DNA of 46,552 bases from Gammaproteobacteria bacterium (GTDB lineage: Bacteria; Pseudomonadota; Gammaproteobacteria; SZUA-229): the NCBI GenBank assembly GCA_029880105.1, contig JAOUPA010000001.1, forward strand, positions 1-46,552, written 5' to 3'. Positions 29,828-38,031 of this stretch are shown here, one piece after another. The notes below the pieces were generated by a model, which made no database searches, had not been told where the DNA came from, and was given only the letters and a program-made list of their open reading frames with translations. The first letter of the stretch is position 1, and every line of letters begins with the position of its first letter. The position numbers and the translations under genes are program-made.

Positions 29828-30850
29828 TTATTTCTTTGTGGCTTGTGTGTCGTGATATTTTTTCAGGTAGTCACGTGCCTTGTTAAAAAATACAGCAGGA
29901 ATATAGTTGGTTTTTTCCAGTTGTTCGGCAGCATTGTCCCTGATGGTAAGGAACTCCTGCATTTCTTTGTCATTCCAGTCCCAGAGGAAGGAAATGCCAT
30001 ATCGTTTAAGCAAGTTTTTACTGCGCTCATTTTCAAAGCGTGCATTCTTGCGAATTTTGTCACTCATCGCTTTGCCAGTGGTTTTTAGCAGTTGTTGCAA
30101 ATCTTCAGGTAGTTTATCGAAAAAAACATTGCTAACTACTAAGCCGCCGATGGCATTGGTGACTGGAATATTGGAGCCGTATTTGAGGTTGGTATGCCAT
30201 TGCAGCGCAATTGCACCAAAGGTTGAGACATAAACGGTATCGATGCTGCCATGTTTTGCAGAGAGCTGTGGGAAGACATCAATAATTGAAAGTGGTACCG
30301 GTGAAATATTTGATGCCTTAAAAAAGGCTTCACCTAACGGATCGCCCTGCCACAACCAGATTCGGCTTTTTCTCATGTCTTCGAGAGATTCGATTTTATT
30401 CTGTGAGAAAAAGTGAATAAAGCCGACTTCGGGCCAGCCCAGTAATTCAAAACCGTTTTCCTTAAAGCCAGTTTCGAAATCGGGCATCAGGGCATCACGT
30501 ACATAATCGGATTCACCGGTGTCTTTGAATAAAAAAGGTACTTCGAGTACACGTGCAGGTGAATAAATACGACCAATACCATAGCCGGTAAACATACCGC
30601 CATGTAACTGGCCTTTGCGAATTTTACGGATGACATCGGGTTCATCGCCCATAACGCCACCGGAATACATTTTGAATTTCAGTTGTCCCTGGCTTTTCTG
30701 TTCAACCTCTTTCACCCAGTCTGTGAGGATATTGCTCCAGGCTGTGCCAGTGGGGAGTAGCGTAGCAAATTTGAGTGTGTAGGTTTCTGCGGCAAAGGCC
30801 TGCGATGAAACCAGCAGAGCAATAGATAGAGCAATGCCTCTTAAAACCAT
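29828..30850 (-). CDS. dctP: TRAP transporter substrate-binding protein (DctP/TatP-type)
   Basis: 340 aa. Signal peptide ...SSQAFA/AETY. DctP-family fold suggested by the length and by its position upstream of dctQM. Overlaps the tatT-like gene by 10 nt. Confidence 0.85.
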   Translation of the reverse strand: MVLRGIALSIALLVSSQAFAAETYTLKFATLLPTGTAWSNILTDWVKEVEQKSQGQLKFKMYSGGVMGDEPDVIRKIRKGQLHGGMFTGYGIGRIYSPARVLEVPFLFKDTGESDYVRDALMPDFETGFKENGFELLGWPEVGFIHFFSQNKIESLEDMRKSRIWLWQGDPLGEAFFKASNISPVPLSIIDVFPQLSAKHGSIDTVYVSTFGAIALQWHTNLKYGSNIPVTNAIGGLVVSNVFFDKLPEDLQQLLKTTGKAMSDKIRKNARFENERSKNLLKRYGISFLWDWNDKEMQEFLTIRDNAAEQLEKTNYIPAVFFNKARDYLKKYHDTQATKK

Positions 30851-31701
30851 TTTTCTTCCTCATTAAGTAGCATTTTTGCTTTGCGTTTGGCGATTTGATT
30901 GAGTAGAGCTATATCAGGATTCAGATCTTCCGGTGCTTCAATAATTTTGCTCAGGCGATTGTGGAAGTCTTCACGATCCATTTTCTGCCGGGACAGGTAT
31001 TGTGCCTGTAATAGGTCAACGACCAGCAGTTCGTTGCGGGTTATTTCACGCGCCCGGTTAAAGTGGTGTTCGGATTTTTTAAAGTCACCACCAAACATGG
31101 GCGGCCGGCTGCCGTAGAATACGCCAAAGTAAATGTGTGCACCACCGTAGTAGAAGGTTTCATCCAGATCTAGCACGCGCTGCATCAGGGCGGTGGGTTT
31201 GGGTAATTCGATCAGACTTTCAGGGGTATCACGATTCTGGTCGATCCACTTGGCCCAGTTGCTGGCGGTCCAGAACAGGGCACCAACATCATCTTCATCG
31301 GCTTTCTGTAAAGTGGCTTCCAGTTCTTCCATAGAGCCGTACCTGAGATTTGTATAACCATTGATTTCGAGGGCTTTCAGGCCATGCTGCAGGCCGCGCT
31401 GATAAAAGTTGATGGCGCGGCGTGGCCGGTTATCCTCGTTGAAACCATAACCCAGTCCATAAAAGGCCTGCGCGGCATAAACACGTAGTGAGGCATTTTC
31501 CGGATCAATGTTGATCATGCCCTGCAGGACATTGAGATTGGTTGGGATCGAGTCTTCAGCCAGTTGCAGATCGGTTTCCTGATTGAGTGAGTGAATACCG
31601 CCTTCAATCAGGGGAGTAGAGGCGCGTACCAGAAATTTGTCCATCGCAGAACAGCCGCCGAGCAGGCTAGCGGTAAGCAGTAGTAGCATGAGCCTCATCA
31701 T
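30841..31701 (-). CDS. TRAP-associated TPR lipoprotein, TatT family
   Basis: 286 aa. Lipobox LLGGC. TPR-like helical repeats. The C-terminal ...PDIALLNQIAKRKAKMLLNEEEKWF is typical of TatT-component proteins. Translationally overlapped with dctP. Confidence 0.75.
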   Translation of the reverse strand: MMRLMLLLLTASLLGGCSAMDKFLVRASTPLIEGGIHSLNQETDLQLAEDSIPTNLNVLQGMINIDPENASLRVYAAQAFYGLGYGFNEDNRPRRAINFYQRGLQHGLKALEINGYTNLRYGSMEELEATLQKADEDDVGALFWTASNWAKWIDQNRDTPESLIELPKPTALMQRVLDLDETFYYGGAHIYFGVFYGSRPPMFGGDFKKSEHHFNRAREITRNELLVVDLLQAQYLSRQKMDREDFHNRLSKIIEAPEDLNPDIALLNQIAKRKAKMLLNEEEKWF

Positions 31702-31746
31702 GATTGTTTAATCCCTGGTGATTCGAAAATAGTTGAGCTGCCCATG

Positions 31747-32976
31747 TTAATGGAAAAACCAGTATCCCGCCAGAATGGCTGCAGTAATGCCAGTGGCATC
31801 GGCTATCAGGGCACAGGTGATGGCGTGGCGCACGCGGCGGATGCCGACACTACCAAAATAGACGGCAAGCACATAGAAGGTGGTTTCGGTGCTGCCCTGC
31901 ACGATGGCTGACAGCATCGCCGGGAAGGAATCGACACCGTGGGTACTCATTGTCTCCAGCATCATGGCACGGGCACCGCTGCCGCTGAGTGGCTTCATTA
32001 ACGCGGTGGGTAGGGCCTGTACGAAATCGGTATTAAAGCCGAGTGTGCTTATGATGTACTCAATGCCGACCAGCAGGCCATCAAGTACACCGCTGGTGCG
32101 TAGTACACCGATGGCAACCAGCATGCCGACCAGGTAGGGGATGAGTTTGACCGCGACGTCGAAGCCTTCTTTAGCGCCGTCGATGAAGGCGTCGTAGACA
32201 TTGACCCTGTTCCACCAGCCATAACCAAGAAACAGCATGATCAGGCTGAACAGGGTGAGATTGCCGAGCAGGCTGGAAGTGGCGGCGATGTGTTCTGGGG
32301 GCTGGTTAACCAGATAGCTGGCCAGTGCGCTGAGTAACACGGCAAAGCCGGCAAAGTAGGTAAGCACGACTTTATCCAGTAGTCTGAGTTTCTGCATGTA
32401 GGAAACTGCCAGCAGGCCAGCCAGTGTTGAGGCAGACGTGGCAAGCAGGATTGGGATGAATACTGCTGTTGGGTCGGCTGAACCCTGCTGAGCACGGTAC
32501 ATGAAGATGGTAATTGGTAGCAGGGTGACCGAGGAGGTGTTCAGCACCAAGAACAGTATCTGTGCGTTGCTGGCGGTATCCTTACTGGGGTTCAGTGTCT
32601 GCATGTCCTGCATGGCCTTCAATCCCATCGGGGTCGCGGCATTATCTAGACCGAGCATATTGGCGGCAATATTCATGGTAATGCTGCCGTGGCTGGGGTG
32701 GCCGCGAGGGATCTCCGGCATCAGTTTCAGGAATAGCGGCTCCAGGCTGCGCGATAGAATCTGGATCAGGCCTGCCTGTTCGGCAATGCGGAAGAAGCCT
32801 AGCCAGAGGCAGAGTACTCCAATCAGGCCGATGGCGATTTCGACGCCGAGTCCGGCCATATCGAAAGTTGACTGCACCAGCTGGGCAAAGATTTCAGCTT
32901 GGCCATTGACCAGCCACTGGTACAGTGCTGTAACAAAGGAGATGGCAAAAAAGCCAAACCAGATATGGACCAGCAT
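31747..32976 (-). CDS. nucleoside-recognition (Gate) domain membrane protein, fused SpmA/SpmB-like
   Basis: 409 aa. ...AIGLIGVLCLWLGFFRIAEQAGLIQ...ANMLGLDNAATPMGLKAMQDMQ resembles SpmA, and the second half is SpmB-like. Confidence 0.75.
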   Translation of the reverse strand: MLVHIWFGFFAISFVTALYQWLVNGQAEIFAQLVQSTFDMAGLGVEIAIGLIGVLCLWLGFFRIAEQAGLIQILSRSLEPLFLKLMPEIPRGHPSHGSITMNIAANMLGLDNAATPMGLKAMQDMQTLNPSKDTASNAQILFLVLNTSSVTLLPITIFMYRAQQGSADPTAVFIPILLATSASTLAGLLAVSYMQKLRLLDKVVLTYFAGFAVLLSALASYLVNQPPEHIAATSSLLGNLTLFSLIMLFLGYGWWNRVNVYDAFIDGAKEGFDVAVKLIPYLVGMLVAIGVLRTSGVLDGLLVGIEYIISTLGFNTDFVQALPTALMKPLSGSGARAMMLETMSTHGVDSFPAMLSAIVQGSTETTFYVLAVYFGSVGIRRVRHAITCALIADATGITAAILAGYWFFH

Positions 32977-33051
32977 TCAGCATCCTGATGGGTTGTGGTT
33001 ATCAGGATAAAGAATGCCGGTATTGGTCTTTTAGTGCAACTGCTGGTTGGT

Positions 33052-33498
<447 letters not shown>

Positions 33499-33602
33499 AA
33501 TGGCATCCAATATATTTAGAATTAATAAATATATTGAGATGAATTGAAAGATTTCAAGCTATTGCTGAATGGTTATTCTGTAATAGTTTGAGTGATGAGT
33601 AC

Positions 33603-34154
33603 TTAGAAGTTCAGAACAATACCAAGATTTAATGAGTTTATGCCTCCATCATTTGCGAAGTCTCTTACGCCAAAAAACATATCAATATCTGCACGTAAGA
33701 TAATGGTTTTAGTAACACCTAGTTCAACACCTCCAGCCAAGCTCAAGCCAGACCCTTTCTCAGTGGCAGGTGTGTTAAAAGGCAAGAAATAATAAGGGTC
33801 TACAACGGTGGTTTCAAAATTATAAAAACCACCACCAACCATAACTGTCAGATTGGTTACAGAGGTAGAAATACGGTAAAGACCTGCGATATTAATGCCT
33901 GTGCTGCTTAGAGAGACGCCAGGCAGGCTATTAATATCAGCATTACCGGAATCGTATAAAGTAGCCTCAAAAGCAATATTGTCATATAGTCTATAACCAG
34001 CAAATGCTTTGGTGGCAATTCCCTGTTCAACATCGGTATAGTCGAAGGATGAGAGGCCAGTAGCGATGCCTGCATACAATGAAATCTCTGCCTGACTGTT
34101 GGAGGCAAATAAGCTAAAGACACATGTCAACGCTAAAGAGGTTGTTTTTTTCAT
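33603..34154 (-). CDS. small outer-membrane beta-barrel protein (OmpX/OmpW-like class)
   Basis: 183 aa. Signal peptide ...ASNSQA/EI. Alternating amphipathic strands. C-terminal ...LGIVLNF ends in Phe. Confidence 0.75.
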   Translation of the reverse strand: MKKTTSLALTCVFSLFASNSQAEISLYAGIATGLSSFDYTDVEQGIATKAFAGYRLYDNIAFEATLYDSGNADINSLPGVSLSSTGINIAGLYRISTSVTNLTVMVGGGFYNFETTVVDPYYFLPFNTPATEKGSGLSLAGGVELGVTKTIILRADIDMFFGVRDFANDGGINSLNLGIVLNF

Positions 34155-34242
34155 AAAAAATTATTCACTATATAATTCAATATGTAGATATTTAGCCTGC
34201 TAATTTCTCTGACTGGACAAAATCTAACACAGTGAACATTGT

Positions 34243-34707
34243 GTGGCTACGTTGTTATTGATGGGTTATATGGATTATCGTGGAACTTACATCGTTGTAC
34301 TCAAAAGCGAGCAGCCGAACACGGTACAAATAGGCAAGTTAGGGCTGCTCGGGATTCACAAGGGTTATTACGTCTATATCGGTAGTGCCATGGGTCCTGG
34401 TGGCGTGATGGCGCGTTTGAGGCACCATAGAAAGATTAGCCAGCGGCCACACTGGCATCTGGATTATTTACGTGCGCAAATGGAATTTTATCAGGCCTAT
34501 GCCCTGTTTTCACTGGAGAGGAAGGAATGCGAATGTGCGAATCTCATGTCTAAAAGTGAAATCGCCAGTGAGCCGATCAATGGCTTTGGTTCATCGGACT
34601 GCCATTGTAGAACACACCTGTTTTATTTCTCTTCACATACAAAAATGGTTACGGCCATTAGCCGCATAAGCGAGGCAGGTAGAATTAATCTAGATCTGTT
34701 GTGCTGA
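34243..34707 (+). CDS. DUF123 (GIY-YIG superfamily) protein
   Basis: GYYVYIGSAMGPGG...RLRHHRK...PHWHLDYL...GFGSSDCHCRTHLFYF matches DUF123/Uri-like signatures. The start is uncertain: GTG 34243, ATG 34261 or ATG 34270. Confidence 0.7.
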   Translation: MATLLLMGYMDYRGTYIVVLKSEQPNTVQIGKLGLLGIHKGYYVYIGSAMGPGGVMARLRHHRKISQRPHWHLDYLRAQMEFYQAYALFSLERKECECANLMSKSEIASEPINGFGSSDCHCRTHLFYFSSHTKMVTAISRISEAGRINLDLLC

Positions 34708-34709
34708 GT

Positions 34710-35072
34710 TTATTTCAGCAGCGCATCAATTTTTGCCAGTAGTTCCTGTTTTTCAGGTGGCTTGATGACATAGTCTTTGGCGCCCTGACGCTTGGCCCAG
34801 ACCTTGTCTGTTTCCTGATCCTTGGTAGTGAGCATGATTACCGGGATGTCCTTGGTGTCGGCATTGGTTGTAATCTGGCGACATGCCTGAAAGCCACTGA
34901 TGCCGGGCATGACAACATCCATGACGATTAAATCTGGCTTTTCTTTGCCGGCTTTATCCACACCCTCTTCGCCACAAATGGCAGAAATCACTACGTGTCC
35001 TGCCGATTCGAGAATTTTTTTGGTGCCTGATAATAATGTAGGTGAGTCGTCAACGACCAGAATACGTGCCAT
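34710..35072 (-). CDS. single-domain response regulator (CheY/PilH-like receiver)
   Basis: 120 aa. ILVVDDS..., phospho-acceptor DLIVMDVVMPG, ...IMLTTK..., ...DYVIKP. Confidence 0.9.
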   Translation of the reverse strand: MARILVVDDSPTLLSGTKKILESAGHVVISAICGEEGVDKAGKEKPDLIVMDVVMPGISGFQACRQITTNADTKDIPVIMLTTKDQETDKVWAKRQGAKDYVIKPPEKQELLAKIDALLK

Positions 35073-35251
35073 GCCTGTTAAGCCTTGAATCGGTTATTTT
35101 TGATGTACACAATATATACGATTTTCTGGATGTTTAACAAGGTTTATTGGCATTTGGTGCGTGTTTTGGCCGATTAACTGATTTATATTTACGATAATCC
35201 GTTTTATTATGACATCACTTATATAGTTGTCTAAGGACATGAGTTCAGGAA

Positions 35252-36448
35252 GTGTTCCGAATAATTTCTTCTTTACTGATACCACTCAGCTTGCTGGGTC
35301 TGGCTGTTTTTCTTTATCAGAAGCTAGGTAGTCTGCCGTCTTCTCAGCTGTTTCTTGTGAAATTTCTGCCACTGCTGGTTGGGGCATTACGTATGAGTCT
35401 TTGCCTGAGGTTTAATCGTAGCCTGATCTTTTTTACGTCGGTGATACTGGTGTCAAGCTATGGGCTTACACAGTGGTATCTGCCTGGATTACCTAGAGCC
35501 GAGGCAGAGATTATCTGGCACTCCCTGTGTTTGTTGTTGCCGTTCAATTTTGTGGCGGTTTCGCTGTTGAAGGAGCGTGGCATGTTGACGCTCTGGGGTA
35601 GTACCCGATTTACACTTATCCTGTTACCTGTGCTGATTGTTATCATTGCTGCGAAATACTACGCCGAGCCGTTACTGGATTTGTTCAAGTGGCGCCTAGT
35701 TGAGTTTGAGCTGTTGCGTCAGGTGAGCTTTTCACAGGCCTCGCTGTTGATGATGGTGATCGCGGTACTGGTACTAAATGGCCGGCTATTTGCAAAGACC
35801 AATGCACAGAACAGTGCCCTGTTTGTGGCACTGATATCTGCACTGGTGATGCTGTATCTAAGAAATGAACATGTCGCAATGGCGATATTTGTCAGTGCAG
35901 CGTTGCTAATGTTGCTGGTTGCGGTGGTTCAGGAATCGTGGAGTATGGCCTATATTGACCAGTTGACTGGGTTACCAGGCAGGCGTGCACTGGAGGAGGA
36001 GCTATTAAAGCTGGGTGGTAATTACTCAATCGCGATGATGGATATCGACCACTTTAAAAAATTCAATGATACCTATGGTCATGACGCTGGCGACCAGGTG
36101 TTGCAGATGGTGGCCTCACGGATCAGGCAATCGGTCTCTGGCGGCAAGGCATTCCGCTATGGTGGTGAGGAATTCACGATCGTGTTTCCTGGCAAAAAGG
36201 CCCAGGAATCAATAGCGCCGCTTGAAGTGGTGCGTAGAACGATTGGTGATAGCCAGTTCCAGCTACGTAATAATGATCGACGACGCAGTAAGGGTAAAAA
36301 ATCCAGTGACAAAAATGTCAACGTGACTATCAGTATTGGTGTCGCCAATCGCACTGATCGACTGTCTACGCCTCACGAGGTCATCAAGGGCGCAGATAAG
36401 GTCTTGTATAAAGCCAAAAAGCAGGGAAGAAACAGGGTCTGTAAGTAG
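35252..36448 (+). CDS. membrane-bound diguanylate cyclase (GGDEF)
   Basis: 398 aa. About 6-7 N-terminal TM segments. DQLTGLPGRRAL...DIDHFKKFNDTYGHDAGD...RYGGEEF. No RxxD I-site 5 residues upstream of GGEEF (the sequence there is SGGKAFRY). GTG start. Confidence 0.88.
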   Translation: MFRIISSLLIPLSLLGLAVFLYQKLGSLPSSQLFLVKFLPLLVGALRMSLCLRFNRSLIFFTSVILVSSYGLTQWYLPGLPRAEAEIIWHSLCLLLPFNFVAVSLLKERGMLTLWGSTRFTLILLPVLIVIIAAKYYAEPLLDLFKWRLVEFELLRQVSFSQASLLMMVIAVLVLNGRLFAKTNAQNSALFVALISALVMLYLRNEHVAMAIFVSAALLMLLVAVVQESWSMAYIDQLTGLPGRRALEEELLKLGGNYSIAMMDIDHFKKFNDTYGHDAGDQVLQMVASRIRQSVSGGKAFRYGGEEFTIVFPGKKAQESIAPLEVVRRTIGDSQFQLRNNDRRRSKGKKSSDKNVNVTISIGVANRTDRLSTPHEVIKGADKVLYKAKKQGRNRVCK

Positions 36449-36472
36449 TTACTGCAGATAATATTTTCAGAA

Positions 36473-37681
36473 TTATTTTCTGAATGCATACTGATAGTGT
36501 TTCTGTATCCATTTAATGCCAAAAGGCGGCAGAATGGTTGTGAGTATTATGACGATAATTAGGCCAGCATGTGTCTCGTTATTAAAAAAACCGCTAAGCT
36601 TGCCAAGTTCAGCAAAAACAAGACCGACCTCTCCTCTGGGAATCATCGACATACCAACGAGTGCACGGGATGCGCCAGATTCTCTGATAAAAATCACACC
36701 AAGCATTTTTCCGAATACAGCAACGGTAAATAGTGTTAGTGAGAATAGCCAGATATAAGCCGACGACCAGTCAATTTCACGCAGATTTATTGATAGTCCA
36801 ACCAGGACAAAAAAGATAGGTGTAAACAGGCTGATGATGGGGCTCATCTGTCGCTTGATGTTGAGTGCAAATTTTGCATCGGTACGAAGTGTTGCGCCCA
36901 ATGGCAGGAAAAATCGACGAGACAGGGCGAGACCCGCGGCAAAACCTCCCAGTAATTCAGGGGCGCCTATGATATGGGCCAGCCATGCAAATAAAAGAAC
37001 CAGTGAAACAATCATGGTGGGAATGAGCCCGGAAGTCTCACTGAAATTTTCGATGCGTTTGATAATGAGTGACATCAGTTTCGCCAGGACTGGAGCGAGA
37101 ATAAAAAAAGCCACAATGAATAACAAAACCTTACCTGCATTGAGCCAGTTAATGCCTCCCCCGATAGAGAATTCATATAAAAGAGCCAGTAACATCACAC
37201 CCAGAATGTCATCGAGTACGGCCGCACCAAGGACGATATCTCCTTCGTGAGAATTGCCAAGATTAAGATCTCCTAGTACACGAACTGTTATTCCAATACT
37301 GGTGGCTGTAAGAGTACCGCCTATGAATAATGACTCGAGCATGGGGATCGAAAATAGCCAGAACGAGATAGAGAAACCAAGAACCAGTGGCGCAGTGAAA
37401 CCGGTTATGGCTACGATGCCACACTTACAGCCTGCTGTGGCAAGTCGTTTGATGTCGGTTTCAAGGCCTACCTTGAATAGCAGTAGGATAATACCGATTT
37501 CAGCAAGCAGTTTTATGATATCGGTGGGTTCAACCCAGCCAAACAGGCTAGGGCCGAGTACTATGCCAGCAAAGAGTTCGCCTATGACAGGGGGCGCAGT
37601 AAGGCGTGCAGCAATTTCACCAAATACACGCGCAGCAATCAGGATGATGACCAGATGGAGGAAAAAAATGTGTGTTTCCAT
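36473..37681 (-). CDS. cation:proton antiporter (CPA2 / Na_H_exchanger family)
   Basis: 402-aa polytopic protein with a Kef/NapA-like N-terminus, ...GEIAARLTAPPVIGELFAGIVLGPS.... Confidence 0.82.
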   Translation of the reverse strand: METHIFFLHLVIILIAARVFGEIAARLTAPPVIGELFAGIVLGPSLFGWVEPTDIIKLLAEIGIILLLFKVGLETDIKRLATAGCKCGIVAITGFTAPLVLGFSISFWLFSIPMLESLFIGGTLTATSIGITVRVLGDLNLGNSHEGDIVLGAAVLDDILGVMLLALLYEFSIGGGINWLNAGKVLLFIVAFFILAPVLAKLMSLIIKRIENFSETSGLIPTMIVSLVLLFAWLAHIIGAPELLGGFAAGLALSRRFFLPLGATLRTDAKFALNIKRQMSPIISLFTPIFFVLVGLSINLREIDWSSAYIWLFSLTLFTVAVFGKMLGVIFIRESGASRALVGMSMIPRGEVGLVFAELGKLSGFFNNETHAGLIIVIILTTILPPFGIKWIQKHYQYAFRK

Positions 37682-38031
37682 GTTTTGCCTGCTGCTCAGG
37701 AAGCTGTCGGGCAGAATATCACAAGTATCGACATTGTATTAGCAGTAATAATTGTGATGTTTTTATGGCTCGGGGAGTACGGCGCAGGCAAGGTTATGAC
37801 AAATTTCTAAGGTTTTTTAATAAATTATTGTGAAATAGAGGCAAAACGGCTCCACCGGGCCACGCATTTGACTCAAATCTGGTTTATAATCCGGCGGCTA
37901 AGTTGCACCAGTACGCGTCACTTCAGCGTGGTATTTAAAACAGGGGTGTCTGGCAGGGCCGGAAATCCTAAATTGTGGTTCGTGAACGCCTCCGGTTCAT
38001 TGAATAAAACCGTATTAGAGTAAGTAGGAAT

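Noticed and set aside
35094-35285. 63-aa minus-strand ORF filling the spacer upstream of the CheY-like gene and overlapping the GGDEF start.
   Set aside because: The translation is AT-rich and I/N/K-biased. Neither the GTG nor the internal ATG has an RBS. It overlaps the divergent gene's start, so it is probably just the promoter region.
36516-37742. Long plus-strand ORFs (80, 138 and 162 aa) antisense to the CPA2 antiporter gene. Similar antisense ORFs occur inside ileS, murJ, obg, spoT, fadD and the SpmA/B-like gene (e.g. 32501-33010, 169 aa).
   Set aside because: Their translations are low-complexity and rich in R/S/P/A. They lie entirely within well-supported genes on the other strand and have no RBS. 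These are typical shadow ORFs.
37839-37866. GGCAAAACGGCTCCACCGGGCCACGCA upstream of the EF-G paralogue is vaguely reminiscent of the GGCAAA...ACGCAAAGC core of c-di-GMP-I (GEMM) riboswitches.
   Set aside because: The conserved GACGCAAAGC element and the tetraloop-receptor arrangement are absent. The segment also lies upstream of the only good -10 box, so it is probably not transcribed as a leader.
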